Shown: positions 1 to 10,350 of the stretch, in pieces
Layout of the letters: every line of letters starts with the position of its first letter
Numbering within the stretch: position 1 is the stretch's first letter
Assembly: GCA_016193485.1 (NCBI GenBank)
Contig: JACPRZ010000063.1
Location: forward strand, 128,156 to 192,155
Length of the DNA stretch: 64,000 bases
DNA from: Bacteroidota bacterium
GTDB lineage: Bacteria > Bacteroidota > Bacteroidia > JACPRZ01
Reading direction: 5' to 3'
Made by a program: the position numbers and the translations under genes
The notes under the pieces: generated by a model
Database searches by the model: none
The model's input: the letters and a program-made list of their open reading frames with translations, nothing else
Told to the model about the DNA's origin: nothing

Positions 1-231
1 ATCGCTGATAATACAGCCAATTCTGCCAACGCATTTACCGTCCCTGAACGCCAGCCAGAATTTTGCTTTGCAGAAATTAAATGCCGGATTGGTTCCGGGT
101 GAAAGCGCTTTTACCTCATCGGCTTTTATGGGCGGGACCCAGAAACGGTTTTCCCTGTAAATTTCAAAAGGAAGATTGACAAACCGCCTTGCTTCTGATT
201 TTGTAGTGACTTCCCGGATTTGTATGGACAT
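1..231 (-). CDS. YghO-like GNAT-fold protein, 5' part (runs off window)
   Basis: Manual translation MSIQIREVTTKSEARRFVNLPFEIYRENRFWVPPIKADE...NPAFNFCKAKFWLAFRDGKCVGRI; not in ORF track because truncated. Confidence 0.7.
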   Translation of the reverse strand, partial: MSIQIREVTTKSEARRFVNLPFEIYRENRFWVPPIKADEVKALSPGTNPAFNFCKAKFWLAFRDGKCVGRIGCIISD

Positions 232-290
232 GCCGCGCTGTTTTACGAAGCAAACTTACTCTATTTAATGGTTTCTATCTTATTGAATGA

Positions 291-320
291 CAAGTATCAA
301 GTATCCAGCATCAAGTATCC
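291..320. repeat. 7-mer tandem array (CAAGTAT-like x4)
   Basis: caagtat caagtat ccagcat caagtat cc. Confidence 0.6.
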
Positions 321-367
321 GGAAATCGGTAAATACAAAAATTCAAAATCCAACTTTTAAAACGCTC

Positions 368-1615
368 TTACTCTAATGAATGAATAACCAATCCGCTTCT
401 CAGTTTCGGTTCAAACCAGGTTGTTTTCGGAGGCATAATATTTCCGGTATCGGCAATAGCGATCAGTTGGTTCATGGTTACCGGTGCAAGAGAAAAGGCA
501 ATGCGCATTTCCCTGTTGTTTACCCGCTTTTCCAGCTCAGCGGTTCCCCGTATCCCGCCAACAAAATCAATCCTCTTATCGGTACGCTGGTCTTTTATAC
601 CGAGGAGTGGGTTTAGAATTTTTTTATCAAGAATGGTTACATCCAGGACTTCTACAGGGTCAGCATCATTCCATGTTCCCGGTTTTGCAATAAGCGAAAA
701 CCATTTGCCTTCAAGATAGATACCGAAGGTATGATGGTCAGCCGGGTGCACGGATTTACCACCCATTGCTGTAATGATGAAACTTTCAGAAACCCTTTTC
801 AGAAATTCCTCCGCGGTCATCCCGTTGAGGTCTTTCACTACCCGGTTATAATCAAATATTTTAAGTTGGTCATCCGGGAAAAGCACGGCAAGGAAAAAAT
901 TATATTCTTCATTGCCGGTATGGTGAGGATTGGCATCTCTGCGCTCTTTTCCTACCAGCGCGGCAGCAGCGGTCCGGTGGTGCCCGTCAGCGACATAGGT
1001 ATAAGGTATATGCAAAAAAAGTTTCTGTATTTTTTGAATGGTAGTTTTATCCCGCACGATCCAAAACCTGTGGGCAATGGTATCATCCGCAGTAAAATCG
1101 TATTCCGGATTTTCTGATAAGATAATTTTATTGACCAGGCCATCAATTTCACCGGATGCGCGGTAAGAAAAAAATACGGGCTCATAATTCATCCCGCTCA
1201 CGCGGATATGGTTTTTCCGGTCTTCCTCCTTATCGGGACGGGTGAGTTCATGCTTCCGGATCACATTATTGAGATAATCATCCACCGAAGCGCATCCGAC
1301 AATGCCGGTCTGCCTGCGGCCATCCATTTCCTGCCGGTAAATATAAAAACATTCTTCCGGATCCTGAAAAAAAATTCCTTCCGATATCATTCTGTCCATG
1401 TTTTCCTTTCCTTTTTTATATACTTCAGGAGAATAAGGATTAAAGCCAGAAGGAAAATCAATCTCAGGTTTTATTACATGGTAGAAAGAGAGATGGTTTT
1501 CTCCGGCTTCTTCTTTTGCTTCAGAAGAGGACAATACATCATACGGCCGGGAAGCGACTAACCTGACGTTGTCTTTCAACGGACGTATTCCCCGGAATGA
1601 GTTCAGAACAGCCAT
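368..1615 (-). CDS. DUF1015 family protein
   Basis: PYDV, HELTR, YVADGHHR, MPPKTTWFEPKLRSG motifs. Confidence 0.9.
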   Translation of the reverse strand: MAVLNSFRGIRPLKDNVRLVASRPYDVLSSSEAKEEAGENHLSFYHVIKPEIDFPSGFNPYSPEVYKKGKENMDRMISEGIFFQDPEECFYIYRQEMDGRRQTGIVGCASVDDYLNNVIRKHELTRPDKEEDRKNHIRVSGMNYEPVFFSYRASGEIDGLVNKIILSENPEYDFTADDTIAHRFWIVRDKTTIQKIQKLFLHIPYTYVADGHHRTAAAALVGKERRDANPHHTGNEEYNFFLAVLFPDDQLKIFDYNRVVKDLNGMTAEEFLKRVSESFIITAMGGKSVHPADHHTFGIYLEGKWFSLIAKPGTWNDADPVEVLDVTILDKKILNPLLGIKDQRTDKRIDFVGGIRGTAELEKRVNNREMRIAFSLAPVTMNQLIAIADTGNIMPPKTTWFEPKLRSGLVIHSLE

Positions 1616-1617
1616 AC

Positions 1618-2205
1618 TTAGAAAGCGGTTATCCTTGCATCCGGCTGGTCAAGCACCTGTTCGATAATGACAGGGTAGTACCGGTGTTCAAGTTTATGAA
1701 TTTTTTGTGCGAGCGTTTCAGGCGTATCGCCCGGATCTACCCGGCATTTTGCCTGGAAAATAATTGAACCGTGATCGTATTTTTCATCTACATAATGAAT
1801 GGTGAGACCGCTCTCCGCATCTCCGGTTTCTATCACTGCGGTATGCACTTTCTGACCATACATACCTTTTCCCCCGTGTTTCGGTAAAAGAGCGGGATGA
1901 ATATTGATGATTTTATTGGGAAATGCCGCTATCAGCGTTTTTGGAATGAGCCATAAAAATCCAGCCAATACAATCAGGTCGGGATTTTTGATAACTAATT
2001 CATCAGTTATTATCCCGGATATGAATTCATCTCTGGCAAAGACCCTGACATCTACACCAAGATTTTTTGCGCGGGTGACTACACCTGCTTCCGGGCGGTT
2101 GCAATATACGGCTGCAATGCGCGCATTTGTTCCGCCATGAAAATACTCAATTATCCTTTGCGTATTTGTTCCGCTGCCGGAAGCGAATATGATTATTTGT
2201 TTCAT
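1618..2205 (-). CDS. purN: Phosphoribosylglycinamide formyltransferase
   Basis: FASGSGTN, LAGF, INIHPALLP, YDHG motifs. Confidence 0.95.
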   Translation of the reverse strand: MKQIIIFASGSGTNTQRIIEYFHGGTNARIAAVYCNRPEAGVVTRAKNLGVDVRVFARDEFISGIITDELVIKNPDLIVLAGFLWLIPKTLIAAFPNKIINIHPALLPKHGGKGMYGQKVHTAVIETGDAESGLTIHYVDEKYDHGSIIFQAKCRVDPGDTPETLAQKIHKLEHRYYPVIIEQVLDQPDARITAF

Positions 2206-2225
2206 AAATTGATCTGCGGGACCCG

Positions 2226-4480
2226 TCAGAAATCGAAACTTTCTCCTGCATCTTCGACTTTATCTTTTTTTGTATAATTCCAGCAATCGGTATCAATAGT
2301 TACAGGAACAGATGGCGGTTCAAAATCCTCCTTTGAAATATTTATTGTTTTGTCATCATAAACGCTTTTCATATAGTAAGCCCAAACCGGCAGGGCAAGC
2401 GTAGCGCCCTGCCCCCAAAACATACTACGGAAATGGACGCTACGATCCTCACAACCCACCCATACACCTGATACAAGATCAGGGGTAATACCAATAAACC
2501 ATCCGTCAGAATAATTCTGAGTTGTACCGGTTTTTCCGGCTACGGGGTTGCGAATATCGTATTTAAACCTAAGGCGCACTCCGGTACCGATTCTTTTATT
2601 GACTGATTTGGAATAGACCCCATCCACTACCCCTTTTAGCATTCTGAGCATCACCCATGCAGTTTCCTCGCTCATTGCTTCGCTGGTTTTTGGTGTAAAT
2701 TCTTCCAGGATATTTCCATGGTGGTCTTCTATCTTCAATAGATATGTGGGTTCAGTCCATATTCCCTTATTGGCATAAGTACTGAATGCACCGGTCATTT
2801 CATAAACAGAAATATCAGCCACGCCAAGGCATAAAGCAGGGTACGGATCAAGATGACTGGTTATACCCATCCTGCGCGACAGGTCAATTACGGCTTGTGG
2901 TCCGAATTTACTGATTACATAAGCCGTTATCGTATTGATGGAATTAGCAAGGGCGAATTCGATTGCCAGCATTTTCCCGTCAAACTCATCATCTGAATTT
3001 TTTGGAGACCATTTTTCACCTTTTTCATCAATGAAAATGACCGGTACGTTCGGGACTTCTTCACAGGGCGACCATTTTTCCTGTATGGCAAGGGTATAAA
3101 CAAAGGGTTTAAATGCCGAACCCACCTGCCTTTTACCCTGTTTTACGTGATCATACTGAAAGTGCTTGTAATTTACCCCCCCCACCCATGCTTTGATGTG
3201 ACCGGTGTGAGGGTCCATGGAAAGAAATCCTGCCTGAAGGAAGTGTTTATAATACCGGATTGAATCCATCGGGCTCATAAAAGTATCTTTTTCACCTTCC
3301 CATGTGAATATCGTAATCGTATCGGGGGTATTGAATATTTTCAGGACAGAGTCCCTTGAAATACCGGCTTCTTTAAGAAGAGCATAGCGTTCCGACCGGT
3401 TTACGGCTTGCATCAGGATTGTGTTTATTTCCTGCTGTGTAAGATTTCTGTCAAAGGGTGCGTTTTTTGCATCCTTCCAATGCTTAAAAAATTCTTTCTG
3501 AAGGTCTTTCATGTGCCGGGTTACTGCCTGTTCGGCATACCGCTGCATCCGCGTATCAATGGTAGTATAAATTTTTAAACCGTCTTTATACAAATTATAG
3601 GGCGTTTTATTGTCGGGCTTAAGATGATTGGAGCACCACTTATCCAATTCCAGCCGGATATGCTCCCTGAAATATGTAGCGAGTCCGGCAGTATGATCTT
3701 CGGGCCGGAATACAAGTTTTACAGGCAATATTGATAAGGAATCATATTCCTGTCGGGATAAAAAAGAATACCGTTTCATCTGGCTCAGAACAACATTTCG
3801 TCTTGCTTGCGCCCGCTCCGGGTGCTTTACCGGGTTAAACCAACTGGGTGCTTTCAGAATGCCTATCAGAAGCGCTGCCTGCTCGGGTCGCAACGAATCG
3901 GGGGTAGTGCTGAAAAATATTCTCGATGCCGATTTTATACCGTAGGCGTTATTGCCGAAAGGAACGGTGTTAAAATACATGGCGATTATCTCATCTTTCG
4001 TGTAATTGCGTTCCAGTTTTACGGCCGTAAGCCATTCCCGTATTTTTGTAGCAGCGATTTGAAGAGGGGAAGAAAATTTTTCCCTGGGGAAAAGATTTTT
4101 TGCCAGTTGCTGGGTAATGGTGCTTCCCCCCTAAAGAATACCCTGGTTAATCCCTTGAAGTCCACACCGGAATGGCCGGCAAAACGGATATCCTCCGTAG
4201 CAAGAAGCGCATGTACCAGCCGTGGCGATAACTCGGAAAAGTCAGTATTCGTGCGGTTCTGGTAATAGTATTTGCCGATTATGCGGTGATCGGAGGAATA
4301 AATTTCCGAAGCCAGCTGGCTCCGGGGATTTTCGAGTTCTTTAAAATCGGGCAGCGGCCCGAAATATTCAAGCGAAACAAGCCAGATAAATCCGGCCGCC
4401 AGCAATAAAAAAATTGTAAACAGAATCCAGAAACCTGCTATGAAGGGAACGTGAGAAGACCTGTGGGATGAGGGGGACAT
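2226..4480 (-). pseudogene. mrcA: Class A penicillin-binding protein 1A, split by a frameshift at about 4126-4131 (true lesion or assembly error)
   Basis: Upstream frame has TM helix and ATEDIRFAGHSGVD; downstream frame resumes GGSTITQQLAKNLF...KLERNYTKDEII and continues into ORF 2226..3980 with SAFK, SIN and KTGT transpeptidase motifs. Confidence 0.85.
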
Positions 4481-4492
4481 TTTAAAAGATAA

Positions 4493-4612
4493 AAGGACAA
4501 AGATGCTGACGATTACTGTCAGCACCATGACCAAATGCGTTATGATGCAAGGACAAAGATACTGACGATTACCGTCAGCATTATGACCAAATGCGACATG
4601 ATATACTGACGG
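4493..4612. repeat. 56-bp tandem repeat (about 2.2 units), each unit with a CTGAC-N7-GTCAG hairpin
   Basis: aaggacaaagatgctgacgattactgtcagcaccatgaccaaatgcg and aaggacaaagatactgacgattaccgtcagcattatgaccaaatgcg. Confidence 0.8.
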
Positions 4613-4702
4613 AATTTGATTTTGCAAGTTTACAAAATCAAATTCGTCAGTATAAAAGTGAGATCGTAATAGAAAGAAAGGAATTTGTTCCGGGAACCCG
4701 GA

Positions 4703-5674
4703 TTATTGTTCCTTTTCAAGGGGAGCATCGCCCACGTAAACACCGTTTTTATAAACTGCAACAGATTGAATTATTCCGTTTTCATCATATTTATACCATT
4801 TACCGTCAATAAGTTTTCCGCTTTTAAAATAACCATCCTTTGAAATCTGCTTATTCTTATTGTATAGTTTATGGTACCCGTTACCGTCAAATATACCAAG
4901 ATTCGGTTGTTCATCTTTTTCCACTTTTACCATCTGGGATGGAGGAGGAGGAGGGGGTGGCGGTGGCGGTGGTTCCTTCCGTTCAAATTCTTTTGATTTG
5001 CCGGCATCCATGACTCCATCGGCAAAAGCACGTTCGGCCTTGAGTTCACCGGATTCATAATATTCTTTAATCACACCGCTCTCTTTACCGTTTGCCCATT
5101 CACCCTCAATCATCAATTGTCCGTTTTCATGAAAATATTTTTGCGCGCCTTCCCTTTTACCCAACTGGCTGAAGTTAAAATTCTGGTACAATTGTCCGTT
5201 TTCGTAGTAAAATTTGTATTCACCCGCCCATTTATTGATTTTCCAGAGACCCTCTTCTTTCAAATTTCCATTCTCGTAATACATTTTAGCAGGGCCATCC
5301 GGTCGGTTATTGGTATAGGTGATCTCACTTTCGGTTTTTCCGTTCGGATATAATTTTTTCCAAATCCCGGTTTTTTTGCCGTCTGTATAATTACCCTCTT
5401 CCACAATTTGTTCATCAGTGTAACCGGGAAGTTTTTTTATCTTGTTAAAAACAATCCAGTGTCCCTGTTTGAGATTTCCCGCATCAACAACATTGATGGT
5501 ATCCCCGTTATTAATTTCAAACGACTGGGCGGTGGAAAACAGTACCATTCCGGTCGTAAATCCGGCAATAAAAAGAAAATATGTTAACGCAGATAATTTC
5601 AACGTAAAGCGATTAAAATTATTCCCGGTAAAAAGGCGGCAAAGATATAATTTAATAATGATAATGCAGGTCAT
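4703..5674 (-). CDS. Exported MORN-variant repeat protein (YwqK-like) with an 11-proline linker; true start probably downstream of 5640
   Basis: Repeated YYENGxL..EG.W units; hydrophobic N-terminal segment; TATCTTTG box on - strand near 5640. Confidence 0.75.
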   Translation of the reverse strand: MTCIIIIKLYLCRLFTGNNFNRFTLKLSALTYFLFIAGFTTGMVLFSTAQSFEINNGDTINVVDAGNLKQGHWIVFNKIKKLPGYTDEQIVEEGNYTDGKKTGIWKKLYPNGKTESEITYTNNRPDGPAKMYYENGNLKEEGLWKINKWAGEYKFYYENGQLYQNFNFSQLGKREGAQKYFHENGQLMIEGEWANGKESGVIKEYYESGELKAERAFADGVMDAGKSKEFERKEPPPPPPPPPPPSQMVKVEKDEQPNLGIFDGNGYHKLYNKNKQISKDGYFKSGKLIDGKWYKYDENGIIQSVAVYKNGVYVGDAPLEKEQ

Positions 5675-5768
5675 ATATTATTCCATGATTAAACGCGCAT
5701 TTTATACGGTTTCCGGATGATAAATGTTACATTTTTTCCTGTATACTTTTTTTGCCGTCTGTAAATAG

Positions 5769-6716
5769 TTAATTCATAAGATTTTCCAGCATATCTGAAG
5801 TCATTGTTTTAATGTTGTATTCTGCCTTCCATCCCCACTCTTTACGGGCACTGGTATCATTTATTGATCTCGGCCAGGAATCAGCATACTGCTGACGGTG
5901 GTCAGGTGAGTACAGGCATTCAAATGCCGGAAGATGTTTTTTTATTTCAGCGGCAAGGGTATCCGGTGAAAAACTCATACCGGAAAAATTATAAGATGAA
6001 CGAATTTTTATCTTCTCAAATTTGGCGTTCATCAGTTCAATGGTCCCCCGGATGGCATCAGGCATATACATCATCGGGAGAACGGTATCTTTTTTCAGAT
6101 AGCAGATATACTTTTTTTTCCTGATCGCCTCGTAAAAAATCTGAACCGCATAATCGGTAGTGCCGCCACCGGGAGCCGATTTATATCCGACCAGACCCGG
6201 GTACCTTATGCTTCGGGAATCAACACGGTATTTCATGAAATAATATTCGCACCAGCGTTCACCGGTCAATTTACTGATGCCGTAAATGGTAGCGGGATTC
6301 ATAATGCACTTCTGCGGGGTTTTATCTTTAGGAGTGTCAGGCCCGAAAACGGCTATGGAACTGGGCCAGAAAATTTTTGAAATTCTTTTTTCCCTTGCGA
6401 GATGTAAAACATTAAACAATCCTTCCACATTCAGTTTCCAGGCATAGGCCTGATTTTGTTCGGCTGTAGCGGAAAGCAGGGCGGCAAGCATATACACTTC
6501 TTTAATATTGAAATTCCTGACAATTTCATCCAGACGCACCTTGTCAAGCACATCAAGAATTTCAAAAGGCCCGCCTTCCAGAACTTCGTATCCTGGTACT
6601 TTTATGTCGGATGCGATAATCCGGGCACTCCCGAATTGTTTTCTCAGTTCAAGAATCAGTTCGGTGCCTATTTGCCCCGAAGCCCCGATGACAAGTATGG
6701 ATGCCCTGCCCGGCAT
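5769..6716 (-). CDS. NAD-dependent epimerase/dehydratase, L-threonine 3-dehydrogenase type
   Basis: GASGQIG, LAALLSATAE, PSSIAVFG, YGISK, GGGTTDY, DSWP. Confidence 0.85.
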   Translation of the reverse strand: MPGRASILVIGASGQIGTELILELRKQFGSARIIASDIKVPGYEVLEGGPFEILDVLDKVRLDEIVRNFNIKEVYMLAALLSATAEQNQAYAWKLNVEGLFNVLHLAREKRISKIFWPSSIAVFGPDTPKDKTPQKCIMNPATIYGISKLTGERWCEYYFMKYRVDSRSIRYPGLVGYKSAPGGGTTDYAVQIFYEAIRKKKYICYLKKDTVLPMMYMPDAIRGTIELMNAKFEKIKIRSSYNFSGMSFSPDTLAAEIKKHLPAFECLYSPDHRQQYADSWPRSINDTSARKEWGWKAEYNIKTMTSDMLENLMN

Positions 6717-6862
6717 TAAATATTCATTGATAAGACAAATGTAAAAAATCACCGGAATCGGTCATTATTTTATTTTTTAAATCCGTATAAAATGTTACAG
6801 ATGTAAGATTTATGGGAAATATGTATCAGAAAGATATAATGTACCGCAAAGCACAAATTAAT

Positions 6863-6870
6863 TATCTTTG
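6863..6870 (+). promoter_or_regulatory. Bacteroidota -7 promoter box (hmgA-hppD)
   Basis: TATCTTTG matches TAnnTTTG upstream of ATG 6916. Confidence 0.6.
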
Positions 6871-6915
6871 CACTACTGATTATTGGCAGTAATTCTTTAC
6901 ATCTCTTTTCAGGAA

Positions 6916-8073
6916 ATGCCTTTTTACCATAAACTCGGGAAAATACCCCATAAGCGTCATACCGTTTTTAAGTCAGGAGACGGCAATCATTATTACGAGC
7001 AATTATTCGGTACGGAAGGATTTTCAGGCGTTTCTTCGCTTCTCTATCATGTGCACAGGCCTACCATGATCAATACAATTGGTAAGCCGGTTCCTGCAAC
7101 TCCGGTCATTGCCGACTCCAATAATATCACGCCCCTGATGCTGCACGCCCTCAAAGCGGAACCTGTTGCCGATTTCCTGGATAGCCGGAAGCCGCTGATG
7201 GTTAACCAGGATGCGATACTCGGTATTGCCGCCCCTATGGATTCAATGACAGGTTATTTTTACAAAAACAGCGATGCCGATGAAATACTCTTTATCCACA
7301 GGGGCAAGGGGCTATTGAAAACCCTTCTCGGCATAATCGGATTTTCAGAAGGAGATTACCTGGTAATTCCAAGGGGCATGATTTACCAGATCGGATTCAC
7401 CGGGAAAGAAAACCGAATTTTTTATATTGAATCCTTTCATCCCGTTGGATTTCCCGGAAGATATATGAATGAGCAGGGACAGTTGCTCGAACATTCGCCT
7501 TTCTGTGAACGAGACATTAAACTTCCTTCTGATCTTGAAACCTATGACGAAAAGGGGGAATTCCTGATTAAAATCAAAAAAAGCGGAATGATCCATCCGT
7601 TATTGTACGCTGCACATCCCTTTGATGTTGTGGGCTGGGACGGTTGCAACTACCCTTTCGGGTTTTCCATATTTGATTTTGAACCCATAACGGGCAGGGT
7701 GCATCAACCCCCCCCCGTGCACCAGACCTTTGAAACGAAACAATTTGTAGTATGTTCATTCTGCCCGCGTCTTTACGATTATCACCCTGAAGCCGTTCCC
7801 GCACCCTATAATCACAGCAATATTGATTCGGATGAAGTGATTTATTATGTTGCCGGTGAATTTATGAGCCGCAAAGATATCGGTGAAGGATATATTTCGC
7901 TTCACCCGAAGGGTATTCCTCACGGACCCGCACCCGGTGCCATGGAAAAAAGCATCGGGCAGAAAGAAACAAAAGAACTGGCGGTAATGGTCGATACATT
8001 CCGCCCCCTGATGGTGACCGAAGAAGCGATGAAAATCTCTGACGGGAAATATTATAAATCTTGGTTAGAATAA
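6916..8073 (+). CDS. hmgA: Homogentisate 1,2-dioxygenase
   Basis: HPFDVVGWDG, HQPPPVH, PYNHSNIDSDE, HGP motifs; adjacent to hppD. Confidence 0.92.
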   Translation: MPFYHKLGKIPHKRHTVFKSGDGNHYYEQLFGTEGFSGVSSLLYHVHRPTMINTIGKPVPATPVIADSNNITPLMLHALKAEPVADFLDSRKPLMVNQDAILGIAAPMDSMTGYFYKNSDADEILFIHRGKGLLKTLLGIIGFSEGDYLVIPRGMIYQIGFTGKENRIFYIESFHPVGFPGRYMNEQGQLLEHSPFCERDIKLPSDLETYDEKGEFLIKIKKSGMIHPLLYAAHPFDVVGWDGCNYPFGFSIFDFEPITGRVHQPPPVHQTFETKQFVVCSFCPRLYDYHPEAVPAPYNHSNIDSDEVIYYVAGEFMSRKDIGEGYISLHPKGIPHGPAPGAMEKSIGQKETKELAVMVDTFRPLMVTEEAMKISDGKYYKSWLE

Positions 8074-8123
8074 GATGTGTTGTCAGATGTTTCCACCTCA
8101 AAAAACTAAAAACACATTCAATT

Positions 8124-9275
8124 ATGGAAACAAAAACAATGAACATTAAACAACCTGAACCTGTGTCTGCCGGGCAGGCAGGCGAAACGGATTTTCTGCC
8201 GCTTACAGGCACCGACCACATTGAACTGTATGTCGGCAATGCTAAACAGGCCGCATTTTATTATCAGAATTGCTTTGGGTTTCAACCGGTAGCGTATGCC
8301 GGTCTGGAAACCGGGCTGAAGGACCGCGCTTCGTATGTATTGCAACAGGGTAAAATTCGCATGGTGCTTACCACATCGTTCGACCCGGGCAGTGAAATTT
8401 CCCGCCATGTTCAGAAACATGGCGATGGAGTAAAAGTCCTTGCCCTTGAAGTGGACGATGCAGTAAAAGCATTCACCGAAACGGTTACCCGGGGAGCGGT
8501 ACCGGTAAAGGAACCCGTCACACTGAAAGATGAATACGGCACGGTAAAAACGGCTGTGATAAAAACGTATGGAGAAACCATTCACAAATTTGTGGAACGA
8601 AAAAAATATACAGGCCCGTTCTTACCCGGGTACCAGAAAATTATTACACCGTCATCTGTTCATCCTGTCGGTTTTAAGGTAGTGGATCATTGTGTAGGCA
8701 ATGTTGAAAGAGGTGAAATGAACCGTTGGGTTGAATTTTACCGCAATGTCATGGGATTTCAACTGCTGGTGACCTTTGACGATACGGATATTTCCACTGA
8801 GTATTCAGCCCTGATGAGCAAGGTGGTTTCAAACGGGAACGGCTATGTTAAATTTCCCATCAACGAACCCGCAAAAGGGAGAAAAAAATCGCAGATTGAA
8901 GAGTACCTTGATTTTTACCGTGGTCCCGGGGTGCAACACATTGCATTGCTTACGGATGATATTATTTTCACCGTCTCGGAACTGCGCAAGAGGGGGGTGG
9001 AGTTTTTGTTTGTACCCGATTCCTACTATGATGACCTGTTCAGCCGCGTTGGAAAAATTGATGAAGATATTCGGATGATCAGGGAACTGAACATTCTGGT
9101 TGACAGGGATGACGAAGGGTACCTTCTGCAACTCTTCACCAAACCGGTTTCCGACAGGCCTACCCTGTTTTTTGAAATTATTCAGCGAAAAGGCGCCCGC
9201 TCTTTCGGGAAGGGAAATTTTAAGGCGCTCTTTGAGTCAATTGAAAGGGAGCAGGAAAGAAGAGGGACGCTGTAA
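8124..9275 (+). CDS. hppD: 4-hydroxyphenylpyruvate dioxygenase
   Basis: DHCVGNV, PINEP, GVQHIA, LLQLFTKP, FFEIIQR, FGKGNFKALFE. Confidence 0.96.
   Translation: METKTMNIKQPEPVSAGQAGETDFLPLTGTDHIELYVGNAKQAAFYYQNCFGFQPVAYAGLETGLKDRASYVLQQGKIRMVLTTSFDPGSEISRHVQKHGDGVKVLALEVDDAVKAFTETVTRGAVPVKEPVTLKDEYGTVKTAVIKTYGETIHKFVERKKYTGPFLPGYQKIITPSSVHPVGFKVVDHCVGNVERGEMNRWVEFYRNVMGFQLLVTFDDTDISTEYSALMSKVVSNGNGYVKFPINEPAKGRKKSQIEEYLDFYRGPGVQHIALLTDDIIFTVSELRKRGVEFLFVPDSYYDDLFSRVGKIDEDIRMIRELNILVDRDDEGYLLQLFTKPVSDRPTLFFEIIQRKGARSFGKGNFKALFESIEREQERRGTL
8160..8182. repeat. Degenerate CCTGCCTGCCGGCAGGCAGG-type palindrome in frame in the hppD N-terminus
   Basis: cctgtgtctgccgggcaggcagg (PVSAGQAG). Confidence 0.6.
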
Positions 9276-9279
9276 TCCG

Positions 9280-10350
9280 TTAATTGACCTTCGCGGAATA
9301 AACTATCGCGTCCACCTGCCGCAGGTACTCCCGCTTATCATATTTTGGAGCGAAAACGAAACCTTCAATGCAGATAAGACGCTTCTTTTGCCGGTCCGAA
9401 AGAAATAGGGCAACAAACGGTCCCCCCATAAAATCGTTCTGAACCTGCCATAAGCCGCGTATTTCAAGTGCCGGAAAACGACCGTGATGTATTTCTGTTT
9501 TTACCAGTGGGAAATCCGACATCGTCATCATATAAGAACCGGCAGATGGACCCGGTACATTTATTTTACAAACCGAATCGCGTATGGATCGCAGGCGGTT
9601 ATCGCCAGTGAAAACAGAATCGGTATAGGGAACGGAATAAATTAAAATTCCCTGGATGGTTTCTTCCGTTTCCCGCTGCAGCCAGGTAAAATTATTTGTG
9701 TTACGCATTGATTTATATCCTTTCGGAACCGTAAGCGAAATTCCCTGCGTTGATGAGATTTCCTGCATTACGGTTTTATCTGCAAGTTTTGAATAATTGG
9801 CGATCATCCTGCTTCTTTCGGATTTGCGGAAGAAATCAGTGATCAGGGAACAATTGTTTTTAAGAAAGCGGTCCATATCCTGATTTCTGCTAAGCGTAAG
9901 TTCCATTGAGACCTGTTCTTTCGACCAGGCGCCATGCCGGCTTATAAATGAATCCTTGCCGGACGTATCGCTGGAACGGATAATAAAAACATTCCTGTGG
10001 GTCTTAAATATACCTTTAAAAGCAGGGGGGGGAATTTGCACCAGCGTAAACATTGGCTCCGGCTGCGGCAAGGCAGGATGTTCTGCAGCAAGACATAAAC
10101 GCAGAGCATTGCCCGGTTTTCCAGTCCAGCCGTTTTCCGGCATCACAATAATAATTTCACCCGTTTTACCTGTGCTGCCGGGTAAAGCAATCCTGTTGCC
10201 GGAATCATTGCAGGAGGCGAACAGCGTCAGGAGTAAAATGCACAGCGATATGAGAATTTTATTAAATCCTCTCTCCCCCTCCCCCCGATAGATATCGGGG
10301 CTATCGGGATCAAAGGGGGAACAAAACCGGTTTTCATCTTTTTGCTTCAT
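9280..10350 (-). CDS. DUF4837 family lipoprotein
   Basis: Lipobox LFASC; LPQPEPMF, RGLW...DFMGGPF, EGFVFAP..KR motifs. Confidence 0.85.
   Translation of the reverse strand: MKQKDENRFCSPFDPDSPDIYRGEGERGFNKILISLCILLLTLFASCNDSGNRIALPGSTGKTGEIIIVMPENGWTGKPGNALRLCLAAEHPALPQPEPMFTLVQIPPPAFKGIFKTHRNVFIIRSSDTSGKDSFISRHGAWSKEQVSMELTLSRNQDMDRFLKNNCSLITDFFRKSERSRMIANYSKLADKTVMQEISSTQGISLTVPKGYKSMRNTNNFTWLQRETEETIQGILIYSVPYTDSVFTGDNRLRSIRDSVCKINVPGPSAGSYMMTMSDFPLVKTEIHHGRFPALEIRGLWQVQNDFMGGPFVALFLSDRQKKRLICIEGFVFAPKYDKREYLRQVDAIVYSAKVN
10267..10320. repeat. C/G-run hairpin repeat carrying a nested 30-bp double palindrome (10280-10309), in frame in the DUF4837 N-terminus
   Basis: tcctctctccccc-tcc[ccccgatagatatcgggg]ctatcggga-tcaaaggggga. 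Confidence 0.75.

Noticed and set aside
4493-4612. CRISPR array
   Set aside because: The whole unit is repeated with no unique spacers, only about two units exist, and no cas genes are in the window.
4481-4627. N-terminal extension of ORF 4019..4627
   Set aside because: It translates the tandem repeat; ATG 4480 before the TM helix is the more plausible start.
4703-5674. Toxin-antitoxin module (YwqK antitoxin)
   Set aside because: Similarity is only through MORN-type repeats and no toxin gene is adjacent.
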